Below are positions 13,347 through 23,052 of a stretch of DNA of 64,000 nucleotides, in pieces. Source of the stretch: Felis catus. Lineage: Eukaryota. Positions within the stretch are counted from its first letter, which is position 1, and every line of letters begins with the position of its first letter. The notes under the pieces are model-generated. The model was given only the letters and a program-made list of their open reading frames with translations. It was not told the DNA's origin and did not search any database. The translations under genes were made by a program, and so were the position numbers. The stretch is taken from assembly GCF_018350175.1 (NCBI RefSeq), contig NC_058368.1, positions 33,854,001-33,918,000 of the forward strand, given 5' to 3'.

Positions 13347-14870
13347 AAGATAGACAATATTCTAGGGCATAAATAACCTTAATAAATTTAAAAGGATTTA
13401 AAGAATACAAAGTATGATCCCTAAACATAATGAAATAAAATTAGAAATCAACAGCAGAAAAATATTTAGAAAACTCACAAATATATGGAAATTAAGCAAT
13501 ACAAGAGAAATTATAAAATACTTTAAGATGTATGAAAATTAAAAAATTTTCAAAATTAATAGATACAGCTTATGGATACATAGCAAACTTATGGAATCAG
13601 CTAAAGCCATGCTTAGAGGGAAATTTATAGCTGTATAGGCATTTACAGCTATAAAAGTAGCTAAAAAGTAGAAAGCTAAAAAGTAATAGGCACTTACAGC
13701 TAAAAAGTAGAAAGATGCCCAATCAATAACCTAGCCTTGCACCTTAAGATGCTTGGGGGGGGGGGCGTGGGGGGAAGAGCAATCAAACAAAAAGATGGAA
13801 ATAACAAAGATTATAACTGAAGTGAATAAAATGGAGATTAAAAAATCAATTAAGAAAATAAATGAAACAAAAGCTAATGCTTTGAAATAATTAACAAATT
13901 TGGCACACTTTTCACTATATTAACAAGGAAAAAAGGAGAAGACTTAAAATACTAAAATCAGAAACTAAAGTGGGGACATTAGTACTGATCTTACAGAAAA
14001 AAAATTATAAAGGAATACTATGACAACTGTATGCCAATAAATTAGGTAACTTTGATGAAATGGATAAATTCCTGGAAAGATACAAATAACTGAAACTGAC
14101 TTAATTAGAAATAGACAATTAGGGGAACTTCTTTAACAGGATAAAAGGTATCTACCAAACAAAACAAAACAAAACACAGTTAATATCATGCTGAATGTTA
14201 GTGAAAGAGTGAAAGTTTTCCCTGAAGATATCTATTTGCAGACTTTTTTCTATCTATACACAAAACCTAATGGAATCTACAAACAAACAAACCTGCTGGA
14301 ATAAATCATTTATATACTATGCAGGCTGGAAGACCAATATATAAAAACCAATGATATTTCTATATGCTAAAAATGAATTATCCAAAAGTGAATTGAGAAA
14401 AGAATTCATTTATAACAGCATCAAAGCATAAACTACTTGGGCAACCTACCTGAACAAAAGAAGTGCAAAACATCTGCTGAAAACTATAAAATATTGTTGA
14501 AAGAAATTAATGAAGATCTAAGTAATGGAAAAACATTCAATTTTTCATGGACCAGAAGATTGAACTTTGTTAAATGGCAATATTCTCCATGTTGATATAC
14601 CCATTTAACAAAATCCCTATCAAAATCCAATGACATTTTCCAGAAATTTACAAGCTGATCCTAAAATTAATACAGAATTACAAAGGACTCTGTTTAACAA
14701 ACATAATCTTGAAATATAAATACTGAATTAGAAGACTTAGCACATCTCATTTTTAAAACTCACTACAAAGCTACACTAATCAAGAAAGACTTTTACTTAT
14801 ATAAAAATAAATGATATAAGTGAAATGAAATTATGAATTTAGCAATAAACCATTTATGGTCAATTGATTT

Positions 14871-15391
14871 ATTTTATTTTAATTCCAGTGTAGTTAACAT
14901 ACAGTATTATATTAGCTTCAGGTTTACAATATAGTGATTCAACAATTCCAAATATTATTCAGTGCTCATCAAGATAAGTGTACTCTTAACTCCCTTCACC
15001 TGTTTTACCCATCCCCTGTTCCTTTGTTCATTTGTTTATGCTTCCACATATATGTGAAATCATATGATATTTGTCTTTGAGTATTTTGCTTAACATTATA
15101 CCCTCGAGATCCATCCAAGTCATTGCAAATGGCAGTATTTCATTCTTTTTTTATGCCTGGATATAGATATATCTAGATATCCATATCTCCCACATCTTCT
15201 TTATCCATTCATCTACCAATGGATCCTTGGGCTGCTTCTGTAATTTGGCTATTGTAAATAATGCTGCAATAAACACAGGGGTGCATATATCCTTTCAAAT
15301 TAGTATTTTCATATTCTTTGGGTAAATACCTGGTAATGTGGTTACTGGATCATATGGTAGTGCTATTTTCAACTTTTTGAAGAACCTACAT
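14871..15391 (-). mobile_element. Carnivore L1 (L1_Carn-like) 3' end nested in older L1
   Basis: Antisense L1 3'UTR; perfect 11-bp TSD TCAATTGATTT at 14860-14870 and 15392-15402. Confidence 0.9.
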
Positions 15392-15806
15392 TCAATTGAT
15401 TTTTTATAAGGATGCCAAGAACAGCTTTTTCAACAAATGTTACTGGGAAACAAGATACACACATACAAAAAAAGTGAAACTGGGTCCCTTTCTGATATTA
15501 TACACTAAACACAAAAACGGACCATAGACATAACTGTGAGAACTAAAATAAAAACATAGGAGTAAATCTTTGTAAACCTTGGATCAGATAATGGTTTCTT
15601 AATACAATACCAAAACACAAGCTACAGAAGAAAATAACAGATAAGCTGCATTTCGCTGAAAGAAAGTTTTATGCTATATAACATACCTTTAAGAAAGTGA
15701 AGATACAACCTATGGAATGAGAGAAATATTTGCAAATTTTATATCTGATAAAAGACTTGTATCTAGAACATAACAATCAACTCAATAACCAAAAGATAAA
15801 TAAACT

Positions 15807-16038
15807 GGGGCGCCTGGGTGGCTCAATCAGTTGGGTGTCCGACCTCAGCTCAGGTCATGATCTCACGGTTTGTGGGTTCAAGCCCCGCATCAGGCTCTGT
15901 GCTGACACACATATTTTCTGACAGCTCGGAGCCTGGAGCCTGCTTCGGATTCTGTGTCTCCTTCTCTCTCTGCCCCTCCCCAACTTGTGCTCTGTCTCTC
16001 TATGTCTCTCAAAAAATAAATAAATGTAAAGAAAAAAA
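15807..16038 (+). mobile_element. CAN-SINE with 16-bp internal insertion
   Basis: TSD AAAAGATAAATAAAC; extra ACACATATTTTCTGAC in body. Confidence 0.95.
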
Positions 16039-16196
16039 AAAAGATAAATAAACCAATACAAAATGGGCCAAGGGGATGTGAATAGGCATTTCTCCAAAAC
16101 AGATATGTCAATGGCCAATAAGTACATGAAAAGATGCTCAGCATCATTAGTTATTAGGAAAATGGAAATCAAAGCAATAAAAAAAAATTCCACTTC

Positions 16197-16430
16197 AGGG
16201 CACCTGGGTGGCTCAGTCAGTTGAGCGAATGACTCTTGATATCAGCTAAGGTCATTATCTCACTATCCCTGAGATCAAGACTGGTGTCATCCGGGTCTGC
16301 GATGACAGAATGAAGCCTCCTTGGGATTCTCTCTCTTGTCCTCCCCCGATCTGTGCGCACTCTCTCTCTCTCTCATAATAAATAAATAAACAAACAAACA
16401 AACAAACATTAAAAAACAAAAGAAAAAAAG
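16197..16430 (+). mobile_element. Older CAN-SINE
   Basis: Head with GACTCTTGATATCAGCT variant, (CT)n, A-rich tail. Confidence 0.9.
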
Positions 16431-16692
16431 AAATTCTATTTTATAGCCACTAACGTGGTACAATTGAAAAGACACTAACAAATAATGTCAAGGATGCGGA
16501 GGAATTGGAACTCTTCACACATTGTTGGTGGGATTATAAAATGGTGCAGCTGCTTTTGGAAAGCAGTTTTGCAGTTCCTCATATTGTTAAAAAAATAGAA
16601 TTATCATATCATGTATACACAAGGTATATCTTTAAAAGAAATAAAAACCACATCGGCACAAAAACTTTGTATACAAATGTTGAAAGCAGCAC

Positions 16693-17441
16693 TGTCGTCT
16701 AAGAAAGATACATGGTCTTTGTTCTTGGTTCCTGGCACAAAAATTCCTAAAACCCTTGGAATCTCCTGAGTGATGAAGATGTTAAGAATGTCTTTTGTTC
16801 TAATGAGGTAACTCTTGATGGACCACCAGACAGTTTCAGGATGGGAGCTGGTCACCAGAAAGACGAACCCTTTACTAGAAGCTTGGAACTTTCAGCCCCA
16901 GTCCCCATGTCTGAGGAGAGAAAAGGGACTCGAGATTGAGTCAGTCACCAATGGCCAAAGATTTATTAATCTTGCCTACATAATGAATCCTCCATAAACA
17001 ACTCTAAGCAATGAGGTTTGAGAAGTTTGTGCGTTGGCAAACATCCACATTCAGGGAGAGTGACATACTCCAACTCCATAGGGACAGAAATTCCTGCACT
17101 TGGGACCCCTGTGTACCTCATCCTATTTAACTCTTCGTCTGGCTATTTATCTCTATCTTTTATAACAAACTGGTAGACATAAGTAGGATCCCTTTCTGAG
17201 TTCTGTGAGTTATTCTAGCAAATTGTTGAACCAGACAAGGATGTCAGGGGAACCCTTGATTTACAGCCAGACAGTTCAGGTGGCCAGAGACTTGCAAATG
17301 GCATCAGAAGTGGGGGCAGTCTGGTGGGACTGAGCCCTTTAATTTGTGGGATTGGAAGCTAACTCCAGATAGTGTTAGAATTGAACTTAATTGTCAGACA
17401 CCCAATTGTCCGAGAGTTAAAGCGATGTTGGAAAAATACCA
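16693..17441 (+). mobile_element. MER21-like solo LTR nested in L1 3'UTR
   Basis: TG...CA ends; GGTTCCTGGCACA..CCTAAAACCCTTGGAAT..CAGGATGGGAGCTGGTCACCAGAAAGAC..TTCTGTGAGTTATTCTAGCAAATT. Confidence 0.8.
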
Positions 17442-17442
17442 A

Positions 17443-17492
17443 CTAGTTATAGTTATAGTTATAGTTATAGTTATAGTTATAGTTATATAGTT
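17443..17492. repeat. (TAGTTA)n microsatellite
   Basis: About 8 hexamer units. Confidence 0.95.
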
Positions 17493-17533
17493 AAAAACAA
17501 AGCAAACAAAGAAACCTCTCAGATATCAATTTT

Positions 17534-17743
17534 TTAAATTTTGTTTGGATGTTTATTTATCTTTGAGAAAGACAGCAAGTGTGGGAGGGGCAGAGAGAGA
17601 GGGAGACACAGAATCCAAAGCAGGCTCCAGGCTCCAAGCTGTCAGCACAGAGCCCGACATGAGGCTTGAACTCACGAACCTTGAGATCATGACCTGAGCC
17701 GAAGTTGGCTGTCGCCCAACTGACTGAGCCACTCAGGTGCCCC
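17534..17743 (-). mobile_element. CAN-SINE
   Basis: Antisense SINE; TSD TCAGA(T/C)AT(C/T)AATTTT. Confidence 0.95.
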
Positions 17744-18734
17744 TCAGACATTAATTTTAATAAGCAAATTTTAGACTCAAACATACATCAACTAACAAAT
17801 GGAAAGTAAAATGTGGCCTGTCCAGAATAGAATATTATTTGAAAATGAAAAGAAATGAAGTGCTATTACAAATTATAAGGTGGATGAACCTTGCAAACAT
17901 TTTACTAAGTGAAAAAGCCAGTCATGAAATACCCCCACACTGTTTGATTCTATTTACACGGTATTTCCAGAGTAACTAAATAGAGACACAAAGGAGATTA
18001 GTGGTTGCATGAAACTTTTAGGACAGTGAGGGGAAATGGAAAATTACTGCTAATAAGTATGGCCTTTGGGGCTTTCTTTTTGGATTATGAAATGTTCTAA
18101 AATTGATAATGGTGATGGTTGCAGAACTCCGTGAATGTATTAAAAAAAATCACTGGATGCCCCATGTGATCAGCAGACCAAGGGTGGTTCACCCCACCTG
18201 AAAAGGCTAGCCATTCTTTTGTTTACTTGTTGCAAAGAAGAAAGGGAAGACAAAGTAGGGAGCCTCCCGGCTTTAGTTTTGTTATTTAATTCAGCTTTTA
18301 TCCAAACACTATATTAGTGATTATTAGAAGATTATCTGTCTGGTGATAAAATCTATTTAACTGTTGTTCCTTTAGCTGGTACCTCTTTGTTTCTTTATGC
18401 CTCATATGTTAATGGATGTTAATATTATTATACAGAATGCTGTTTATTCCTATAATTAATCACTTCATCATTAATACTCATGTTTCTAAATTCAAATTTA
18501 GCAAAACTATTTTAAAATCATTTGTACATGTATATTTAAAATATAATATATGTAGATATAGATTAGGCTTATATAGCTCTCTATATATATTTAGATGCAT
18601 ATATAAATAGATAGGTACATATATACATATACACCTAAACATCTTGCACATATAGAGAATTTATTTTATTATACTTACGTTGGAACAGTAACATGACCTA
18701 TAGTCTAACACTTTACAATTACCTTCAAACACAA

Positions 18735-18900
18735 TAAATGTATTCATTTATTGGGTATCTTATCTCCTACATAACAGTCTTGATCTATGTAATGTGGAAT
18801 TAAAGATTAGTAAGGCCCAAAGAGTAAGAAGATTGGTTCTCATTCTCAAAGAGCTTATGGTTTAACACAGAGACAGGCACATAAACAAATACAAACCTGG
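18735..18900 (-). mobile_element. L2 3' fragment
   Basis: ATTCATTTATTGGGTATCTTA..TCTCAAAGAGCTTATGGTTTAA..GAGACAGGCACATAAACAAAT. Confidence 0.6.
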
Positions 18901-19192
18901 ATGACACATTCCATAGAACCAGTATTTGTAAGATGGAACAACTACAGATAAGGAAGTCAAATTTGGCACATAGAGGTTATCGGGCAGATGAAGGCAGATA
19001 GGAATTTTACTCTGTACACTTACTAGGTTGTACGGTAACCAACACAGTCATATATTTGACTAAGAAAAGACTAAAATGCAATTTGGGTGGGATTCCATGA
19101 TAAACATCTCGGTGAATTTTTACAAAAAGGAAAGGGGAAAGGTCTAATAAATTTCATGTTTGCAAAAATATGTTGAAGAGACATTTTCTGAA

Positions 19193-19528
19193 AAGTCAGG
19201 TTAATTAATGCTAGATGCCACAGCAAGTTCAGAAACCTCAGTGGCTTTTACAATAAGTATTTATCTCTCACCAACTCATATTAAGTGAGAAGTCTTCCTC
19301 CAATCATGATGCTACGCTCACTGGACCATGTGCCCTCCAAAGCTGCCATGGTAGGGAAAGGGAAGAATCAAGAAGGCACATCTTCACCTTGACTCTCTGA
19401 CTGTAACAGACATGCTACTTCAAGTGGGCCATTCATCAGAGTTAAGCAAGTGGTTTCAATCTCACTGCAAGGAAGCCTGAGAATTCTAAGAATCACATAA
19501 AATAACTATAATCACTATCTCTACCACA
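19193..19528 (-). mobile_element. MLT1 (J/K-like) LTR
   Basis: AAACCTCAGTGGCTTTACAATAAGTATTTATCTCTCAC...CTGCAAGGAAGCCTGAGAAT..CTCTACCACA. Confidence 0.65.
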
Positions 19529-19561
19529 ACGAAACTTCTTTGAAAATTGTATATTTCTCTA

Positions 19562-20860
19562 TGTGTTAGGTAGTTTGCAAAAGAATGGCAACATTTTTTT
19601 TTCTCTTTTCAGTATCCATGCTCCCCTTGGAATGTGACTTCAAAGCTCTTTCCATCAAGAGATGGAATGTATTTCCCCATCTCTTAAATCTAGACCTTCC
19701 TGTGACTGCTTTGACCAACAGAGTGTGAAAGAAATATTGTACTGGTTCTCAATCTAAGTCTCAAGGAAATGTATATGCTCTGCTTGCTTCTGGAAGCCCG
19801 CGGTTGCTATGTGAACAAGCCTGGGCATGAGGAACACGTGCTATCCCTGATAACCAGCCCACAGAAAGCCAGCCTCTAGACATGTGAGTGAGAACTCCCC
19901 AGGTGAGTCAGCCCCCAGCATAGCGGTCAGGTTATTGCAGACTCATGAGCCAGTCCAGACAAGATCAGATGAACCTGGCTTGAATCTTATAAGGTGAAAC
20001 ACAAATGAAAAGTAAGAAAAGAGTTTAATTCTCCCTGATACAAAAAGAGAAAGAGCTCCTCCTTCCCTTTTTTAATAGTATTACCTTTGAAAACGTATAA
20101 TTGTAAATTCTCTGTTCTTTGAGAGGTAATATAATTTTTTTAAAAAAAGTCTACTGCTAGTTTTACCACTCAAGCATGCTTTTCTTAAGGACCTACAAGC
20201 CAACTCTTTGAAATATAATCATTAAGGAAAACAGTACATCTATCTCCTAGTCTCCAACGAGACACTGGATGGAAAGAGACTAACTAGCTTAACCTCTGCT
20301 CCTGGCTCCAAGTTGCAGAATTTAGCTCCTGTCATCATCAAGATATGAGAAGTTTATTTTTCCCTTTGGATAAAGGCAATTAACTAACACAGATGGCCAC
20401 TCCAATTACCAGGCAAATTTACAACACTCTATGAGTGACACATGGGGCTCCTCTATGAGTCCTCTTTCTTGAGGACTAGTTATAGTTAACCTTGAGAACA
20501 CAAGTGCAATTAAGCGCATCTACCCAGCTGTATAAAAGGGTGAGATTTCTGTTTTTGAAATCTTTTTAGGCAATCGCCTGTGATGCATATCTCAGTCTGG
20601 TTTAATGCTTATTCAATAATAAAACTGTTTTCTTTCTTTCCTGTATTTGTGTAGCGGAATTTCTGGATTGGCAGAAAATCTTCTAATTGTTTCTCCCCAA
20701 TAATTAGCAGAACTACCCCTCTGGCTTTAGACTCATGAACAAAAATAAATGAACAATAATGAACAACAATAATAAATGAACAAGAATAAATGAACGAGTG
20801 ATGGCTGTTTCAACTTTACAAATTCTGGATTTTTTTTCCCCCACAGTAAAAGCTAACAGG
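19562..20860 (+). mobile_element. MLT1G/H-like LTR split by a nested ERV1 LTR
   Basis: TTCCATCAAGAGATGG..TGTGACTGCTTTGACCAACAGAGTG; stops ~19988, resumes ~20703 (TAGCAGAACTACCC). Confidence 0.75.
19989..20702 (+). mobile_element. ERV1 MER4-group solo LTR (MER34/MER89/LTR48-like)
   Basis: TCTTTGAAATATAATCATTAAGGAA..AAGATATGAGAAGTTTATTTTTCC..TATAAAAGGGTGAGATTTCT (TATA) and AATAAA; interrupts MLT1. Confidence 0.7.
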
Positions 20861-20879
20861 TAAGCTCTGTGCAATTAAA

Positions 20880-21240
20880 AAAAAAAATATTATGCAGAAC
20901 TTCAAACATACACAGATATACACAAAAATGTATAATGAACTCTTACACACCAATCACCTAGTTTCAAACATTAACAACCGATGATAACTCCTGTTTAATC
21001 AGTATGTAAAACCACTTCTCTTTCATATAATTTCCAAACAAGCCACCACATCTTATTTCATCCCCTGCTGGACGACATTTGAAACTGGTGAACATCATTA
21101 AAACACATAAGCAACTACTCACGAAAGTTGCAGTCGATAAAAGAAGCCAAAACCCGAAACAAACAAGAACACGCCTGAACAATATCATCTTTACCAACGC
21201 TTTAAACTTCAGCATTCCCTTCAACATTTTTTGACTGCAG
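20880..21240 (-). mobile_element. L1MC4-like 3' fragment (strongly diverged toward the CpG island)
   Basis: TTCAAACATACAC..TATAATGAACTCTTACACACCAATCACCTAGTTTCAA..TTATTTCATCC resembles recalled L1MC4 antisense. Confidence 0.6.
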
Positions 21241-21289
21241 CAAAAAACAAAAACAAAACCATGCCCGAGGTGTTTTGTTGTTGTTGTTG

Positions 21290-21472
21290 CCCCAGTGGGG
21301 TTCTCTTCTTGTTGGAATGTGTTATGTTGGATGCACACCATTATGGACCACAGTCTCTAATGAGCGTAAAAGGGTCAGAAAAGTTGGTTGGTAAAACCTT
21401 GATTTTGTGTGGTCCTTTTTGCTAATTTATCTCAATAAAAGCCACCTGAAACTCAAAAAAAAAAAAAAAAAA
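21290..21472 (+). mobile_element. Poly(A)-tailed segment, probably an old L1M 3' terminus
   Basis: AATTTATCTCAATAAAAGCC (AATAAA at 21434-21439) followed by A18 at 21455-21472, like the L1M end ATTATACCTCAATAAAGCTG. Confidence 0.45.
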
Positions 21473-22570
21473 GAGCCAAGATATGCCACCTCCCCACCCC
21501 CCCATGGCCTGTGGGTCACCTACCTGAAAGACAACAGCACCCGCAACATCTTCATCTACCGTCGACCAGGAGGTGGTGCGCTGGGTCAGCGTTCCCCGCG
21601 GGGCCCGCTTCCACAACCTGCCGGTGTGGGTGCTCTCCAGGAACTACCTTCAGGACAACACGCAGAAAATGCGGCCGCGGCCAACGAAAAGCTTCTGGAA
21701 GCACGGGCTCACCTTGGACGACCTGAGGCTCTAGTACCTCAAACACCCCAGGACACTCTGGCCTGCGGGGAAATCTTCACTGGCAGCAGGGAGCGCGGCT
21801 ACGTCGTGCTGGAGAGGCAGGCATTGTCCACCCAGGGCCACCACTGGCCGCAAGCCACCGTCACGGTCGTGCTGAAGCAGGTTTCTGCGGGCCTGCAAAA
21901 CGTCGCCACGGGCGTGGCTGAAGGCTTTTCGGAAGATCATGCACGGGACCAGGCTAGCCAAGTGGAAGTCCACTGCCGGCATACACCCTAGCAAGAGACG
22001 GTGCTGGAGGCCCGAGGACTTGGGACTCCCTCCCCACGTCGTCGTGTGAGAAGGCGGCGGCTGGAGCTTTGAGCACCTGCGGCCAGAGAGAGCCCACTGC
22101 CCCGCCCCTGCCCTACTCTGAAGGGCAGCCTTGGGCGTGGCCCGTGAGCTTGAGCTTGAGCCGCCAGGACCCGTAGTTCTGGAAGCTCCTTGTGCGCCAG
22201 CTAGGCCTGGCATGACCTCTGACCCTGTCATGCTGCTGTCTGCCTGATATGATACCCCTACTGCGGTGTTCCCATCCCTGCCCCCTGGACCACTCTTCCT
22301 CTGAGACCCCTGCCTGGCTTCCCAGTTGAGGGAGGCCCGAAAACTCACTATCAAGCCTTGCGACCGCCCACTTGAACATGATCTAGCCTGTAGCTGGGAA
22401 GGCTGGGCTGTGGGGACAGCTGGCTGGCCTGGCCAAGGGGGTTCAGGGACCTGCCTACATTCCCCCACTCCTCCCCCCTTCCCCAGCCTATTCCATGCCT
22501 CTTTTTCCTCTTCCTTTTCCCTCCCTTTCTCCTCCTCAACAAGTATTTCCTGAGGGGGGTAAAAAAAAAA
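21473..22570 (+). pseudogene. ADAP1: 5'-truncated processed pseudogene of ADAP1 (centaurin-alpha1): end of PH1, PH2, 3'UTR
   Basis: Frameshift-corrected AKICH..PHGLWVTYLKDNSTRNIFIY..ARFH..LSRNYL..DD.RL*Y.K.P..GEIFTGSRERGY.VL..STQGHHWP..FL.AC..AF..VEVHCRHTP* vs recalled ADAP1 AKIGHPHGLQVTYLKDNSTRNIFIY..STQGHHWP..VEAHFKHKP*. Orthologous stop at 21989-21991, premature TAG at 21732-21734, several frameshifts, ~11-codon deletion, no introns. 3' boundary (A10 at 22561-22570) is tentative. Confidence 0.92.
21541..22200. promoter_or_regulatory. CpG island coinciding with the ADAP1 retrocopy
   Basis: About 47 CpG in 660 bp by manual count, GC >60%; GC box CCCCGCCCC at 22100-22108; NotI site at 21671-21678; rest of window is CpG-poor. 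Confidence 0.75.
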
Positions 22571-22611
22571 CCCTCTTCCTCCCTCCCTTCCTTCCTTCCT
22601 CCCTCCATCTC

Positions 22612-22703
<92 letters not shown>

Positions 22704-22705
22704 TC
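22612..22705. repeat. (CTTT)n microsatellite within a polypyrimidine tract
   Basis: About 23 perfect CTTT units. Confidence 0.98.
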
Positions 22706-22850
22706 GTGATCTTCAAAATATACAGCCACTTGGATGTAATTCAAAACGGAATTATCCTCAAAATAAAAATGCAAAAAATAAACAATGCCTTTACAACATT
22801 GATCACAGTGAGATCCGACTTTAAATATCCATATCCACTTTGGTTACCTT

Positions 22851-23052
22851 GTATTTATTTATTTATTGAGAGAGAGAGACAGACTGCGAGCAGGGGAGGG
22901 GCAGAGAGAGAGGGAGACACAGAATCTGAAGCAGGCTCCAGGCTCCCAGCTGACAGCAGAGAGCCTGACTTCGGCGCTTGAACTTGGGAATGGGGAGATC
23001 ATGACCTAGGCTGAAGTTGGTCGCTTAACTGACTGAGCCACCCAGGTGCCCC
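22851..23052 (-). mobile_element. CAN-SINE
   Basis: TSD CCACTT(TG/CA)GTTACCTT at 22835-22850 and 23053-23068. Confidence 0.95.

Larger units (their letters stand above)
10070..18157 (+). mobile_element. Near full-length ancient L1 (L1MB7/8-like 3' end), internally deleted and interrupted
   Basis: 5' region, ORF1 remnant (~10850-11790), long inter-ORF, ORF2 endonuclease (ISIINLNVN..CLQETH ~12545-12655), RT remnant (GNFFNRIKGIY, LFAD ~14120-14250) and L1MB-type 3'UTR at 17760-18157. Confidence 0.88.

Noticed and set aside
21063..21270. Twin-priming 5' inversion of a retrocopy 3'UTR (A-rich to T-rich switch at ~21265)
   Set aside because: Better explained as continuation of the antisense L1MC4-like fragment; no TSD supports it
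21407..21991. 194-aa ORF as a functional ADAP1 retrogene
   Set aside because: Non-ATG start, passes through poly(A), and drifts in and out of the ADAP1 frame; ArfGAP and most of PH1 are absent
21473..22300. ZFP57-type imprinting signature
   Set aside because: No TGCCGC/GCGGCA hexamer found by eye, so there is no motif support for a canonical ICR
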